Source: an uncultured Acidobacteriota bacterium (GTDB lineage Bacteria > Actinomycetota > Acidimicrobiia > Spongiisociales > ZC4RG35). Taken from it: a stretch of 64,000 nucleotides of DNA. The position numbers and the translations under genes are program-made. Shown here in pieces: positions 37,928 to 47,607 of the stretch (its first letter is position 1; each line of letters opens with the position of its first letter). The notes beneath the pieces are model-generated. The model was not told the DNA's origin and searched no databases. It saw nothing but the letters and a program-made list of their open reading frames with translations. The stretch is from contig CAWHEU010000022.1 in the NCBI GenBank assembly GCA_963828465.1, positions 64,001 through 128,000 on the forward strand, read 5' to 3'.

Positions 37928-39364
37928 CTAGCCGGCCGGCTCCAGATTGCGGTTGATGCGGAACAGATTGTCGGGGTCGTACTCCGCCTTGATCCTCCGC
38001 AATCGCTCGTAATTGCCTCGATATGCGCTCTCGATGCGGGTGACGTCATCGTCAGTCGTCTGGAAGTTGATGTAGTTGCCTCCAGTCGAGAACGGTCTGA
38101 TGCGATCCCACGCGGAGCGTGCCCACTGTTGATGGGTGTCACCCTTGGGATCGGTCGAGGGCCATGCCGCTGCGGCTCCGACCACGAAAGCGGCGTCCCG
38201 GTTCCCCACCGCCCCGTCGTCCTCGGAGTGGTCGTTCACCCCGCCCGCGATGTGAAACGTGATGAACTGTGACATGGGGGACTCGATCTCGGCAGCATTG
38301 GCTCGAACGGCCTCGAGGTAACCCTCACTCAGTTCCGGAATGAACTCGGTCTTCCAGTAGTAGTTGGCTCCCTTCGGCTGCGTCGCGTTGAGCATCGACT
38401 GTTGCTCGACATAGGTCTTGGGCATGATGAGATCGGCGATTGGCCGGCCGAAGCCTTTGATCGGGGCCAGGTCCTGCTCTGCTGCATCCGGATCACCGCT
38501 GTGGCAGGCGATCATCGCCACCATCGGCTTGCCGTGCCAGATCTCAGGGATGAACGGGGCCGGAGGGGCGAGACGCATCGTGGCGACGAGGGTCATCTCT
38601 CGCGGTGCCGAGGCAGTCAGGTCGCGATACAAGCCGAGGACGTCTTCGGCGTGGTCCTCGGCCGGCCATGCGATCAGACCTGCCATGATCCCCGGCCCCA
38701 CTTCGTGCAGTCGGTAGGTGAAGTCGGTGACGACTCCGAAGTTCCCGCCGCCGCCGCGGATAGCCCAGAACAAATCAGGTTCCGATTCCCGGCTCGTCGT
38801 CCGCACCTGGCCATCGGCGGTGACGATCTCGACCTCGACCAGATCGTCGACGGTGAATCCGAAACGGCGAGATAGATACCCGAACCCGCCACCGAGCGTC
38901 AGGCCGGCCACCCCGGTCTCGGACACGAAACCGAGAGTCGTGGCCAGCCCAAGCTCCTGGGTGGCCCGGTCCACATCGCCGAGAAGACAGCCGGCGCCGA
39001 CATGAACCAGCCGCTGTTCGGGATCGACCCGAACCTCTCGCATCCGTGACATGTCCAGCGTCAAACCTCCATCGGCCAGCGCCAAACCCGAGATGTTGTG
39101 GCCGCCCCCCTTTATCGAGAGCAGCAGTCGCTGTTCCCGGGCCAGATTGACGGCGGAGGTGACCTCGTCGGTGCTCTCTGGCTGGATGACGAGGGCGGGT
39201 TCTTTGTCTATGAGCCCGTTCCAGATCAACGTGGCGTCGTCAAAGCCCGGGTCGCCGGGTCGGAGCCGCCCCGTGTCGGGGATCATCTCGAGGAGGGACA
39301 AGTCGATATCGACCTCGCCGCCGTCGAGAGTTCGAAGGTTCAATTTCTCAGAAGACAAGAGCAT
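37928..39364 (-). CDS. FAD-binding oxidoreductase (berberine bridge enzyme-like)
   Basis: KGGGHN, GVAGLTLGGGFG, LFWAIRGGGGNFGVVT, YINF, YDPDNLFRIN. Confidence 0.93.
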   Translation of the reverse strand: MLLSSEKLNLRTLDGGEVDIDLSLLEMIPDTGRLRPGDPGFDDATLIWNGLIDKEPALVIQPESTDEVTSAVNLAREQRLLLSIKGGGHNISGLALADGGLTLDMSRMREVRVDPEQRLVHVGAGCLLGDVDRATQELGLATTLGFVSETGVAGLTLGGGFGYLSRRFGFTVDDLVEVEIVTADGQVRTTSRESEPDLFWAIRGGGGNFGVVTDFTYRLHEVGPGIMAGLIAWPAEDHAEDVLGLYRDLTASAPREMTLVATMRLAPPAPFIPEIWHGKPMVAMIACHSGDPDAAEQDLAPIKGFGRPIADLIMPKTYVEQQSMLNATQPKGANYYWKTEFIPELSEGYLEAVRANAAEIESPMSQFITFHIAGGVNDHSEDDGAVGNRDAAFVVGAAAAWPSTDPKGDTHQQWARSAWDRIRPFSTGGNYINFQTTDDDVTRIESAYRGNYERLRRIKAEYDPDNLFRINRNLEPAG

Positions 39365-39445
39365 GGGCCTTTCCGCTGACAACGGTACCGACGGCCGTTT
39401 GTGGCCGCATCGACAGTGGTATGTGTAGTGCCAGGAGGCCTTGCA

Positions 39446-40384
39446 ATGGCGACGAAAACACTGGAAAAGCTGAGCAAGAGCGAGTTGTACGAGCGCGCCC
39501 AGGCAGCAGACGTTCCCGGCCGCTCCCAGATGGACAAAGACGAGTTGATCGATGCTCTCTCCGACGGGGGGAGTGCGTCGAAGGGCGCGCCCTCGACCTC
39601 GAAGCGCTCGATCTGGAACGGCGCAATAACTTTTGGGTTGATCACCATCCCTGTCGGGCTCTACACAGCCACTGAGGACCGGGATGTCTCTTTTCATCTC
39701 CTTTCCGGCAAGGACGAATCACGCATCGAGTACAAGCGGGTCTCGACCAAGAGCGGTCGTGAAGTCGATTGGGACGACATCGTCAAGGGCTACGAGTACG
39801 AGAAGGGGAAGTACGTCGTGTTCACGCCCGAGGAACTCGAGCAGATCGCCCCTGAGAGTGCCAGATCCGTCGACGTCGTCCAGTTCGTGGATGAGTCTGA
39901 GGTCGATCCGATCTTCTTCGAGAAGTCTTACTACGTCGCCCCCACCGACGTGGCGGTCAAGGCCTATGAGTTGTTTGTGCGTGCCCTCACCGAGTCTGGT
40001 CGGGTCGCTGTGGCCAAGGTGGCTATCCGGGAGAAGGAGCGACTCTGCGTCCTCCGCGTCAGGGACGGAATGCTCGTCCTCGAAACGATGAAATGGCCGG
40101 ACGAAATCCGGCAGGCCGAATTCGAGCAATTGCAGAAGAAGCCCCGGGTGTCCGCTCAGGAATTGAAGATGGCCCGTCAGTTGATCGACCAGCTGAGCGG
40201 TGACTTCGATCCAGAGGTATTCGAGGACAGCTATCGCCGGCGGCTCGAGGAAGCGATCGAGGCCAAGATCGAGGGGAACGAGATCACGGTGAATCCGGCT
40301 GAGGCCCCAACGGAGAAGGTGGTCGATCTCCTCGAAGCGCTCAAGGCCAGTGTCGATCAGACCCGGGCCAAGAAATCAGCCTGA
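39446..40384 (+). CDS. ku: NHEJ Ku protein with N-terminal Rho_N-like domain
   Basis: RSIWNGAITFGLITIPVGLYTAT, IVKGYE, DPIFFEKSYY, VVDLLEALKASV; RBS AGGAGG. Confidence 0.95.
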   Translation: MATKTLEKLSKSELYERAQAADVPGRSQMDKDELIDALSDGGSASKGAPSTSKRSIWNGAITFGLITIPVGLYTATEDRDVSFHLLSGKDESRIEYKRVSTKSGREVDWDDIVKGYEYEKGKYVVFTPEELEQIAPESARSVDVVQFVDESEVDPIFFEKSYYVAPTDVAVKAYELFVRALTESGRVAVAKVAIREKERLCVLRVRDGMLVLETMKWPDEIRQAEFEQLQKKPRVSAQELKMARQLIDQLSGDFDPEVFEDSYRRRLEEAIEAKIEGNEITVNPAEAPTEKVVDLLEALKASVDQTRAKKSA

Positions 40385-40447
40385 TCCCAACGTCTTGACG
40401 CGCCGATCCCGCCCTATAGAACGGGATCTCCGCGCCAGAATGAACCC

Positions 40448-41722
40448 GTGACGGCCGGGCCCAACTTCGCAACGACTCCATACGAGGAGCGACGAATTGG
40501 GGAACTGAGGCGCTGGAAGCGGCGAGCGAACCTCTTCCTACTCGGAGCTTTCGTCGTCTTCCTCGTCAGTCATTTCTTCGGCGGCGAGGGCGGAGTCAAT
40601 GGCTTCATTCGGGCAGCATCGGAGGCGGCATTAATCGGTGGCATCGCCGATTGGTTCGCCGTAACGGCCCTGTTCCGACACCCGCTCGGGATCCCGATAC
40701 CGCACACCGCGCTCATACCGGAGAGCAAGGACGAGATCGGACGGGGGCTGGCCGAGTTCGTCCAGCAGAACTTCCTCGATCCGGCCAATCTCGGTGAATG
40801 GCTGACCAATGCCGAGATCGCGAGCCGGTTGGCGAAATGGCTGGACTCCCCCGAGCACGCGACTCTGGCGGCGCGGCGGACCATCGAGACCGGATCCACA
40901 ATCGCCCAGTCCCTCGACGATGAACGTGTGGCATCCGTCATCACCCAGACCTCTCTCGATTGGCTGCGACAGACCCCGGTCACACCACTCATCTCCCTGG
41001 TGGTGGACGCCTGGCTGAAGGGTGGTCGTACCCGCGAGTCGGTGGAGGCCACGCTCCGAGGGCTCGACGTCGTCATCGTCGACAACCTCCCGTACTTCAG
41101 AGAGAGCTTCGCCGAGGCTTCGCCGTGGTGGATGCCGGCTTGGGCCGGCGAACTCGTCTTCGAGCGGATCATCGCGTCCTTCCGAATCCTCGTGGACGAT
41201 GTGGCATCGGACCCGTCGCACCCGATCCGCGCCGATATCGAGATGATGATGTCGAAGATCGCCGACGATCTTCGTAACTCCGCGGATCTGGCGGATCGCA
41301 TCGAGGAATCGAAGCTGCACATCCTCGACTCACCGGAATTGGCCACCGCCCTCCAGACCCAGTGGCAAGTCCTGCAGGAGAGTCTGGGCCGTGCCGCCTC
41401 CCGGCCAGGCTCGGATCTCGAGAAGCGCCTTGCGGAGTTGATCCAGTGGTGGGCGCACCGCGTGCTCGAGGACGAAGCACTCCGAACTCGTATCGACACG
41501 TGGATAGCCGATGCCGCCGAGCGACTCGCTCATCAGTGGGATGAAGAGGTGATCGGGATGATCGAGACAACTGTGGCCGGCTGGGATGCCACGGAGATCT
41601 CCCACCGTCTCGAGCTTCAGTTGGGCAGAGATCTCCAATTCGTGCGGATCAACGGAACCGTAGTTGGCGCTCTGGTTGGGATCGCCATCCACGCCTTGCT
41701 GGTGCTGAGCGGCAACGTCTGA
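40448..41722 (+). CDS. DUF445 family membrane protein
   Basis: EAALIGGIADWFAVTALFRHPLGIPIPHTALIP; GRDLQFVRINGTVVG. Confidence 0.93.
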   Translation: MTAGPNFATTPYEERRIGELRRWKRRANLFLLGAFVVFLVSHFFGGEGGVNGFIRAASEAALIGGIADWFAVTALFRHPLGIPIPHTALIPESKDEIGRGLAEFVQQNFLDPANLGEWLTNAEIASRLAKWLDSPEHATLAARRTIETGSTIAQSLDDERVASVITQTSLDWLRQTPVTPLISLVVDAWLKGGRTRESVEATLRGLDVVIVDNLPYFRESFAEASPWWMPAWAGELVFERIIASFRILVDDVASDPSHPIRADIEMMMSKIADDLRNSADLADRIEESKLHILDSPELATALQTQWQVLQESLGRAASRPGSDLEKRLAELIQWWAHRVLEDEALRTRIDTWIADAAERLAHQWDEEVIGMIETTVAGWDATEISHRLELQLGRDLQFVRINGTVVGALVGIAIHALLVLSGNV

Positions 41723-41725
41723 GGA

Positions 41726-42085
41726 CTATCGAGGCTCGAGGCGAAGGGTGGTGCCCAGCGTCTCGGGGAGAAGCATGTTCTCGAGTGATCTGCCCCGATA
41801 CTTCTCTCGCAATGCTTCAGAGGCCGATTCGACCGAATCGAGGTCATTCGCCGCTACCGCTCTGAACTCCAACCGCGCAGCTCCGACTCGGACGGCAACA
41901 TCCGGGTCGGCCACGGCCCTTTGATACCAGCGTCCCGATTCGCCCCGAACCGAGCGCACATAGACGTCATCGCCCCCGACGACGACCCAGATCACCGTGC
42001 CGATGACCCGGTCTCCTCGCCTGGTCTCGATTACTACTTCCCGGGCATCCGCTATCTCCTGAAGCTGCTCTGCGGTCAACGACAT
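41726..42085 (-). CDS. DUF2255 family protein
   Basis: IWVVVGGDDVYVRSVRG..GRWYQ; TTLRLEP. Confidence 0.82.
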   Translation of the reverse strand: MSLTAEQLQEIADAREVVIETRRGDRVIGTVIWVVVGGDDVYVRSVRGESGRWYQRAVADPDVAVRVGAARLEFRAVAANDLDSVESASEALREKYRGRSLENMLLPETLGTTLRLEPR

Positions 42086-42094
42086 TGGTCGAGA

Positions 42095-43126
42095 CTAGGT
42101 GTCCGACCGCACGCCGGTCCCCGTACGCGCCGTGTGGACCAGGTCGAACCAGTCTTCGGATCCCAGGTGTGAACCCGAGAAGCGGCTTGCGATCGGGGCG
42201 AGAAGGGCTTCCGCGCCGAACGCGATAGCCACCGTCGATCTGGTCCGGGGCCCGCCGTGAGCGCCGCGAAGGTAGGGCAGGTTGGGATCGGCGAACCACC
42301 ACTCAGGCAGAGAGAACACAAATACGACGCCAGGTGCAATCCGGACCCAGCTCTCCACTCCTTGGACTCCTTCGACCCATGTCGGCCGTAAAGCCCCCGC
42401 CCCCGTGATCATGGCCGCCGTGCCCTCATCCACGATGGTGACGTCGATGCCCGACTCGTCGGCAACAGTATGGAGGTCGATGCGTTTGGTCGGGTCGACG
42501 GTCTCCTGATCGTGATCCGATGTAACCAACACCAGGTCCTGGTCCCAGCGAATCGCCGAGCCGATCGTTGCGAGGTACGCGTCCAATTCCCGGTATGACT
42601 GGATGGCCTCCTCCGAGTCCGGCCCGCACGCATGGGCAAAGGTGTCAGGGCTGTTGATCTGGGCGAAAATCATGCCGGGTCTTCGATCCAGCGCCTCGAT
42701 CGCCCTCGTGGTGACCTCAGGATCGGTCACGTATCCGAAAAGGTCGAGCTGAGTCCCATCGGGAACGAGACCTTCTGGCGGCCAATGTCTGCCCGCCGTC
42801 TGCGCCGCCGTCACCCCGATCAAGTGCTGATCGCCCACGACTACCTCGCAATCCTCGTCGAGGAAGGTCGGGGTTCGGGGACCCACCTCGGCTGCAGGTC
42901 GGACCACACCATCGACCACCACCTGATTGGTCATGATCCCGTGCTCGAGCGGAAGCCTCCCGGTGACGATGCTGGCGAAATTCGGATAGGTGCTGGAACA
43001 CATCACGCTCGTGGCGCCCTTGCGCCGCACCAGCCCGCCGGCCGCCCAAGCGGTCAGCGTCGGCATTACGTTGGGCGTGACCGAGCGGGCTCCGATCCCG
43101 TCGAGGACCAGTACGACAAGAGTCAC
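42095..43126 (-). CDS. Alkaline phosphatase superfamily (nucleotide pyrophosphatase/phosphodiesterase-like) protein
   Basis: VLDG, STYPNFASIVTG..P.EHGI, PDTFAH, TSDH, GAHGG. Confidence 0.85.
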   Translation of the reverse strand: MTLVVLVLDGIGARSVTPNVMPTLTAWAAGGLVRRKGATSVMCSSTYPNFASIVTGRLPLEHGIMTNQVVVDGVVRPAAEVGPRTPTFLDEDCEVVVGDQHLIGVTAAQTAGRHWPPEGLVPDGTQLDLFGYVTDPEVTTRAIEALDRRPGMIFAQINSPDTFAHACGPDSEEAIQSYRELDAYLATIGSAIRWDQDLVLVTSDHDQETVDPTKRIDLHTVADESGIDVTIVDEGTAAMITGAGALRPTWVEGVQGVESWVRIAPGVVFVFSLPEWWFADPNLPYLRGAHGGPRTRSTVAIAFGAEALLAPIASRFSGSHLGSEDWFDLVHTARTGTGVRSDT

Positions 43127-43130
43127 TTGC

Positions 43131-43958
43131 TCACACGTCGAAGACAGCTCCGTGCGTCCCGGGGACTATCTCGTAGTCCTGACCAGTGGCCCGTAGCCGC
43201 TCGTGCGCCTCGTCGAGCTTTTGATCACTGTGATCCGGATCGTGGTGGAACGTCATCAGGGTCCCGACACCGGTCATGGCGGCGAAAGCGAGCACGTGGC
43301 TGTACGAGCTGTGGCCCCACCCAATGCGCTGTGAATACTCCTCGTCCGTGTATTGAGAATCATGGATCAGCAGATCTGCCCCTGCGGCCAGGTCGTAACC
43401 GGAAGTCCATTCAGGGTTCTTGGGGAAGTTGTGCATGCCCAGTGCGGGCTCATGGTCGGGGAGATAGGTGAGGACCCTCCCGGCCTCCTCGAGCCGGTAA
43501 CCGAGAGTTGGGCCTGGGTGAGAGACCAGGTCGGCAGTGACCTGGATCCCATCGATGTCAAACGTGCCCGGTGGGACGTCGTGAAAGGCCACGTTGGACA
43601 GGTCCCGCACCCGCAGCGGGAAGAGCGGTGGGGACAGATACCGGGTCAGTCGCTCCTTGAGGGTCTGCGTGGTCGAGATCGGTCCCCACACATCGACCCG
43701 GATGTCGGGGTCGTGCAACGGGGCGAAGAATGGCAGCCCCTGGATGTGGTCCATGTGCAGGTGCGTGATGAGAACGTCGACCTGTTCCACCGATTCGACG
43801 TTCGCCCCTAGCGCCCGCATCCCACTCCCGGCGTCGAGGACGAGGAGCCTCCCGTCCTTCCCCAGCACCTCGACGGCCGACGTGTCGCCGCCGTATCTGG
43901 CCGTTTCCAACCCGGCGCTGGCGATCGACCCCCTCGTTCCCCAAAGCCGGGCTCTCAG
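43131..43958 (-). CDS. MBL-fold metallo-hydrolase (RNase Z/phosphodiesterase-like)
   Basis: WGTRGS, YGGDTS, DAGSG, THLHMDHIQGLPFF, HDSQYT, GWGHS, FHHDP; apparent CTG start overlapping the upstream TGA. Confidence 0.88.
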   Translation of the reverse strand: MRARLWGTRGSIASAGLETARYGGDTSAVEVLGKDGRLLVLDAGSGMRALGANVESVEQVDVLITHLHMDHIQGLPFFAPLHDPDIRVDVWGPISTTQTLKERLTRYLSPPLFPLRVRDLSNVAFHDVPPGTFDIDGIQVTADLVSHPGPTLGYRLEEAGRVLTYLPDHEPALGMHNFPKNPEWTSGYDLAAGADLLIHDSQYTDEEYSQRIGWGHSSYSHVLAFAAMTGVGTLMTFHHDPDHSDQKLDEAHERLRATGQDYEIVPGTHGAVFDV

Positions 43959-44353
43959 TCCTCGACCTCCCAGAAGGTGGCGAGTACGCCGAGGAATCTC
44001 CCGCCCTGACCTTCGATCGGAAGGGCAGTCACCTCGACCGCCCGCCACTCCCCGTCCATTCCCTGGAAGCGCACGGCACGATGGGCGGGCTTCCTCTTGC
44101 TGAGCGCGACAACGACCGGGAAGTCGTAGTCGGGGACTTCCGACCCGTCGAGCTGAGTCACGTTCCATGCCCCGACCAATTGCTCGGCGGCCATCGGGCC
44201 CACATCGTCGAATTGCACCCCGAGCAGCCCTTCGGCGGACTCGTTGTAATAGATGAGGTTTCCCGCTTCATCCATCATCCACATCGGGATGGCCAGATAG
44301 CTGGCGAGCTGCCTGAGGAGGATCATCTCCACAGGCTGTTGCTGATGCGGCAT
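43955..44353 (-). CDS. Stand-alone PAS domain protein
   Basis: IPMWMMDEAGNLIYYNESAEGLLG; TAGGTT 6 nt before ATG. Confidence 0.85.
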   Translation of the reverse strand: MPHQQQPVEMILLRQLASYLAIPMWMMDEAGNLIYYNESAEGLLGVQFDDVGPMAAEQLVGAWNVTQLDGSEVPDYDFPVVVALSKRKPAHRAVRFQGMDGEWRAVEVTALPIEGQGGRFLGVLATFWEVED

Positions 44354-44385
44354 AGGGAGAACCTACTGCCGCCTGCGCTCGAATG

Positions 44386-45360
44386 TCACCTCGGGAGCAG
44401 CCGGTATGTCAGGCCGTCGTTGTCCACAGCCGCAGCCCGAATCGAGCCACCCGGGAGGTAGACAGCGGTTTCGATAGCCACGAGTGGATTGCCATGCAGC
44501 CCGTGGGGAAGGGGCTCGACAGTGACCCATCGGTCATCTCCCGGCTCGAGTACCTCCACCGACGCGAGAGCCTGGTCAGGCGAAAATACCTCGCCGCCGG
44601 CCACCACGATGGCCCCGTCGACCACTGCAGCCCCAAACCCGGAACGGGCCTCACCGAGAGAGGGCCCTGCCCGCCAGGTTTGTGTGTCTGGGTCGAAGAC
44701 TTCAGTGGTGTCGAAGACCTCACCTTCCCAGCGGCCGGCGATCGCCCAGATTTCGCCGCTGAGGACGACGCTGGCGACATGCTCCCGCTCCCTTGCCGGC
44801 TCTCGAAGCCTCGACCACGAATCGCCTTCCAAGTCGTATCGGAGGAAGAGCCCGCCGGGCGCCCCACCCAGTACATAGATAGCTTGCCCCATAACCACGG
44901 CCGCTCCCGCAGCCACCGGCTCGGGCACGGGAGCCCGATCGACCCAGACGTCATCGACCAACTCCCACACAGATGTGGAGGGATCTCCAGACGCGGTGTA
45001 ACCACCGATGAAGAACGCCCGGGCCCCGACCACTGCCGCCATCCCATGATGGCGGGCCTCAGGGAGATCAGGAAGGTCGCGCCAGGTGTCGCTATCGGGC
45101 GAGTAGGCCTCGACGGTAGGTGTGACCCCAGTCCGGCCCACCCCAACCTCGATGAATCCCCCGGCGACCACGACCTCGTTCCCGAGAAGGACCGCAGGAT
45201 GTTCGCTGCGTGCCAGGGACATCGGAGCCAGCTCCACCCAACCGGCCGGCGGCACCGTGGTCGGGCCCGAGGCCTCTGCCGGCGTGGTCGAGGTGTCTTC
45301 GACGCTTGACGGGTTGCACGCCGTGGACACGATGAGGAGCAATGCGGCGAGGCGTCGCAC
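44386..45360 (-). CDS. Kelch-repeat lipoprotein
   Basis: Lipobox STAC; about six GG...Y/W...W...P..R repeats. Confidence 0.88.
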   Translation of the reverse strand: MRRLAALLLIVSTACNPSSVEDTSTTPAEASGPTTVPPAGWVELAPMSLARSEHPAVLLGNEVVVAGGFIEVGVGRTGVTPTVEAYSPDSDTWRDLPDLPEARHHGMAAVVGARAFFIGGYTASGDPSTSVWELVDDVWVDRAPVPEPVAAGAAVVMGQAIYVLGGAPGGLFLRYDLEGDSWSRLREPAREREHVASVVLSGEIWAIAGRWEGEVFDTTEVFDPDTQTWRAGPSLGEARSGFGAAVVDGAIVVAGGEVFSPDQALASVEVLEPGDDRWVTVEPLPHGLHGNPLVAIETAVYLPGGSIRAAAVDNDGLTYRLLPR

Positions 45361-45402
45361 GCGACAAGCCTACGAGAGGGGTCGGTGATAGCTTCAGGCC
45401 CG

Positions 45403-45843
45403 ATGACCATCGAGGATCGTGCGCTCGACCCTTCACGGCCCCATGCGGCCAAGCATGTCCGTCAATACCTGGAGAGCGATGGGGCGGCCGTCGACCATCC
45501 GGCTACCGGTCATCTGATCCTCCTCTATACGACCGGCCGAGCCTCCGGTGAGATCCGTCGCACACCGCTGCGGTTCTTCGAGGTCGACGGCGATCTCGTC
45601 GTGGCCGCCTCGTATGGTGGCTCACCCCAACACCCCGATTGGTACCTCAACCTCGTCGAGGATCCCAGGGTGTGGGTGCGGCGGGATGCCGACCTTTACG
45701 AAGCCGATGCCATTCCGATCGACCGGGCGGATCGGGACCGGCTGTGGGACACCGTTGTGGTGCCCACTGCGCCGCAATTTGGCGCCTATCAGCAAAAGAC
45801 AGAGCGAATCATCCCGCTCGTTCGGTTGGTCGCTCGCAGCTGA
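45403..45843 (+). CDS. Deazaflavin (F420)-dependent nitroreductase family protein
   Basis: LLYTTGRASGEIRRTPL, ASYGGSPQHPDWYLNL, YQQKTERIIP. Confidence 0.92.
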   Translation: MTIEDRALDPSRPHAAKHVRQYLESDGAAVDHPATGHLILLYTTGRASGEIRRTPLRFFEVDGDLVVAASYGGSPQHPDWYLNLVEDPRVWVRRDADLYEADAIPIDRADRDRLWDTVVVPTAPQFGAYQQKTERIIPLVRLVARS

Positions 45844-45844
45844 G

Positions 45845-46198
45845 TCAGCCGAGGACGCGGTTTGCCTCAGCCAGCAGGTCATCGATGTCCGTGCCCGATT
45901 CCTCCGCAAGGAGTCGACGGATTCCGGGGGAGACCTTGTCGAGGACGGTTGTCATCTTGTTCAGCACCGAGCGTTGCGCCTTCATCCGCGCCGCCTCGTC
46001 GGCGGGTGTGACCAGATCGTCGACGATCGATCCCTCCGCCCGTGAAGCGACCAGTGGATCGGTCACGCCACGGACCCACACCAGGGATCGTTTTCCGGGA
46101 CCACGGCCGTCGGTGATCGGCTCGACGGCAGTCACGTCGTCTGAGCGCACGTACGCCCCATAGCCCAACGCGACCAGCTGGCCGGTCTGTATCCGCAT
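45845..46198 (-). CDS. Hypothetical protein, weak resemblance to RemA/DUF370-type regulators
   Basis: RBS GGAGGA; LVALGYGAYVRSDDVTAVEP...GKRSLV...LVAS. Confidence 0.65.
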   Translation of the reverse strand: MRIQTGQLVALGYGAYVRSDDVTAVEPITDGRGPGKRSLVWVRGVTDPLVASRAEGSIVDDLVTPADEAARMKAQRSVLNKMTTVLDKVSPGIRRLLAEESGTDIDDLLAEANRVLG

Positions 46199-46232
46199 GG
46201 TTTCCTCCTATGCCCGGAAGCTACAGACAGGA

Positions 46233-46457
46233 TCAGGTCCCGGCGTCCTCAGCCAGTGTGTAGGCGACGAGGGCATTGGCGTGCCCATGCCCCATCCCGT
46301 ATTCGGTCTTGAGCCAGTTGACCAGTTCCATGTGCTTGGTCAAGTCACTGGCGCGGATCAAGGCTTGCCACTCGTCGATGGGGCGGCCGTACTTCTTCTC
46401 GATCGAGGGGAAGTAGGACGCCGGCCCTTGCACACGATCGGTCTTGTCATCACCCAT
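46233..46457 (-). CDS. DUF4287 family protein
   Basis: GPASYFPSIEKKYGRPI.EW, KHMELVNWLKTEYGMGHGHANALV. Confidence 0.92.
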   Translation of the reverse strand: MGDDKTDRVQGPASYFPSIEKKYGRPIDEWQALIRASDLTKHMELVNWLKTEYGMGHGHANALVAYTLAEDAGT

Positions 46458-46500
46458 GGCCGAAGCGTATCCCTCGGCGGTCGCTGGTTGAATCGGCACG

Positions 46501-47529
46501 GTGTTCACCCCGATCCGCACCAAGCGGCTGCTCATCCGCCCATTCGAGCTAAACGACCTCGCCGAATACCACGCCCGGCGCAGCGATCCGGAGGTGGCCC
46601 TCTATCAGGATTGGGAGCTCCCGTATCCCATGGAAAGAGCCGAGAAGGTCGTTTCCGCGCAGGCCGCAATGGACGGACCCGCGAACGACGAGTGGTGGAT
46701 GGCTGTGGTGTGCAATCCCGACACCGGTGAGGTCTTCGGCGATGTCGGGACGAGGCTCTCGTGGAAGGGTCGTTCCGCCGAAGTTGGCTACACGTTCGCC
46801 AACGAGCATTGGGGCAAGGGGTATGCCGCCGAAGCTCTGGAGGCCCTGGTTCAGTATCTGTTCGACGAGCACAACGTGACCCGCGTCTTTGGCATGCTTC
46901 ACCCCGACAACCCGGCTTCGGCCATGGTCCTTGAGCGGACGGGGCTCCTTTTCGAGGGTGAGACGAAATCGTCGTTCTGGGTGGGCGACGAGGTGTCGGA
47001 CGACTGGATCTACGGGATGACGCGGCCCGATTGGGAGACCTGGGGTAACCGTCCCCGGCACCCGCCGGACTCGGTGCATTTGGTCGAAGTGACCACCGAA
47101 AACGTGGCGACAGTTTCCGGCCTCACCACGCATCGGACGCAGGAGGAATTCGTGGCGCCGATGTTGCAGTCGTTCACCGACGCTTTGTTCCCTGAGGTGG
47201 TCGACGACGCCCCGGTCGTGCCGTGGATGCGGGCCGTAGTGGCCGACGACGTGATCGTTGGGTTCGTGATGCTGGCCCTGAGCACTGAGCACCATCCGGA
47301 GCCGTTTCTGTGGCGTCTGCTGATCGACCGTCTCCACCAGCGACGTGGCATTGGGGCCAGGATCCTGGAGCTCGTCGAGGCCGAATGCCTGGCGATGGGC
47401 GACGAGAGCCTTCTCACCAGTTGGGGTGAGGGAAAGGGCTCGCCCCGGGCTTTCTACCTGGCTCACGGCTTCATCCCCACCGGCAGGGTGGTCGACGACG
47501 AGACCGAAGGGCGCAAACGGCTGTCTTAG
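46501..47529 (+). CDS. Tandem GNAT acetyltransferase (RimJ-like + second GNAT)
   Basis: TKRLLIRPF, AEVGY, WGKGYAAE, NPAS..VLER; LWRLLID..HQRRGIG, FYLAHGF. Confidence 0.9.
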   Translation: MFTPIRTKRLLIRPFELNDLAEYHARRSDPEVALYQDWELPYPMERAEKVVSAQAAMDGPANDEWWMAVVCNPDTGEVFGDVGTRLSWKGRSAEVGYTFANEHWGKGYAAEALEALVQYLFDEHNVTRVFGMLHPDNPASAMVLERTGLLFEGETKSSFWVGDEVSDDWIYGMTRPDWETWGNRPRHPPDSVHLVEVTTENVATVSGLTTHRTQEEFVAPMLQSFTDALFPEVVDDAPVVPWMRAVVADDVIVGFVMLALSTEHHPEPFLWRLLIDRLHQRRGIGARILELVEAECLAMGDESLLTSWGEGKGSPRAFYLAHGFIPTGRVVDDETEGRKRLS

Positions 47530-47542
47530 GGGACTGCTGCGA

Positions 47543-47592
47543 CGAACCTCAGGTACTCCGGCCCGGATATGAAACGCAGAACCTGAGGTTCG
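47543..47592. promoter_or_regulatory. 12-bp perfect inverted repeat upstream of the polymerase-ligase operon
   Basis: CGAACCTCAGGT-N26-ACCTGAGGTTCG, ending 3 nt before a TAGTTT -10 candidate. Confidence 0.55.
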
Positions 47593-47607
47593 ACCTAGTT
47601 TTGGGTT

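Noticed and set aside
47579-47592. LexA/SOS box
   Set aside because: Spacing is GAAC-N5-GTTC, not the canonical N4; kept only as an inverted repeat.
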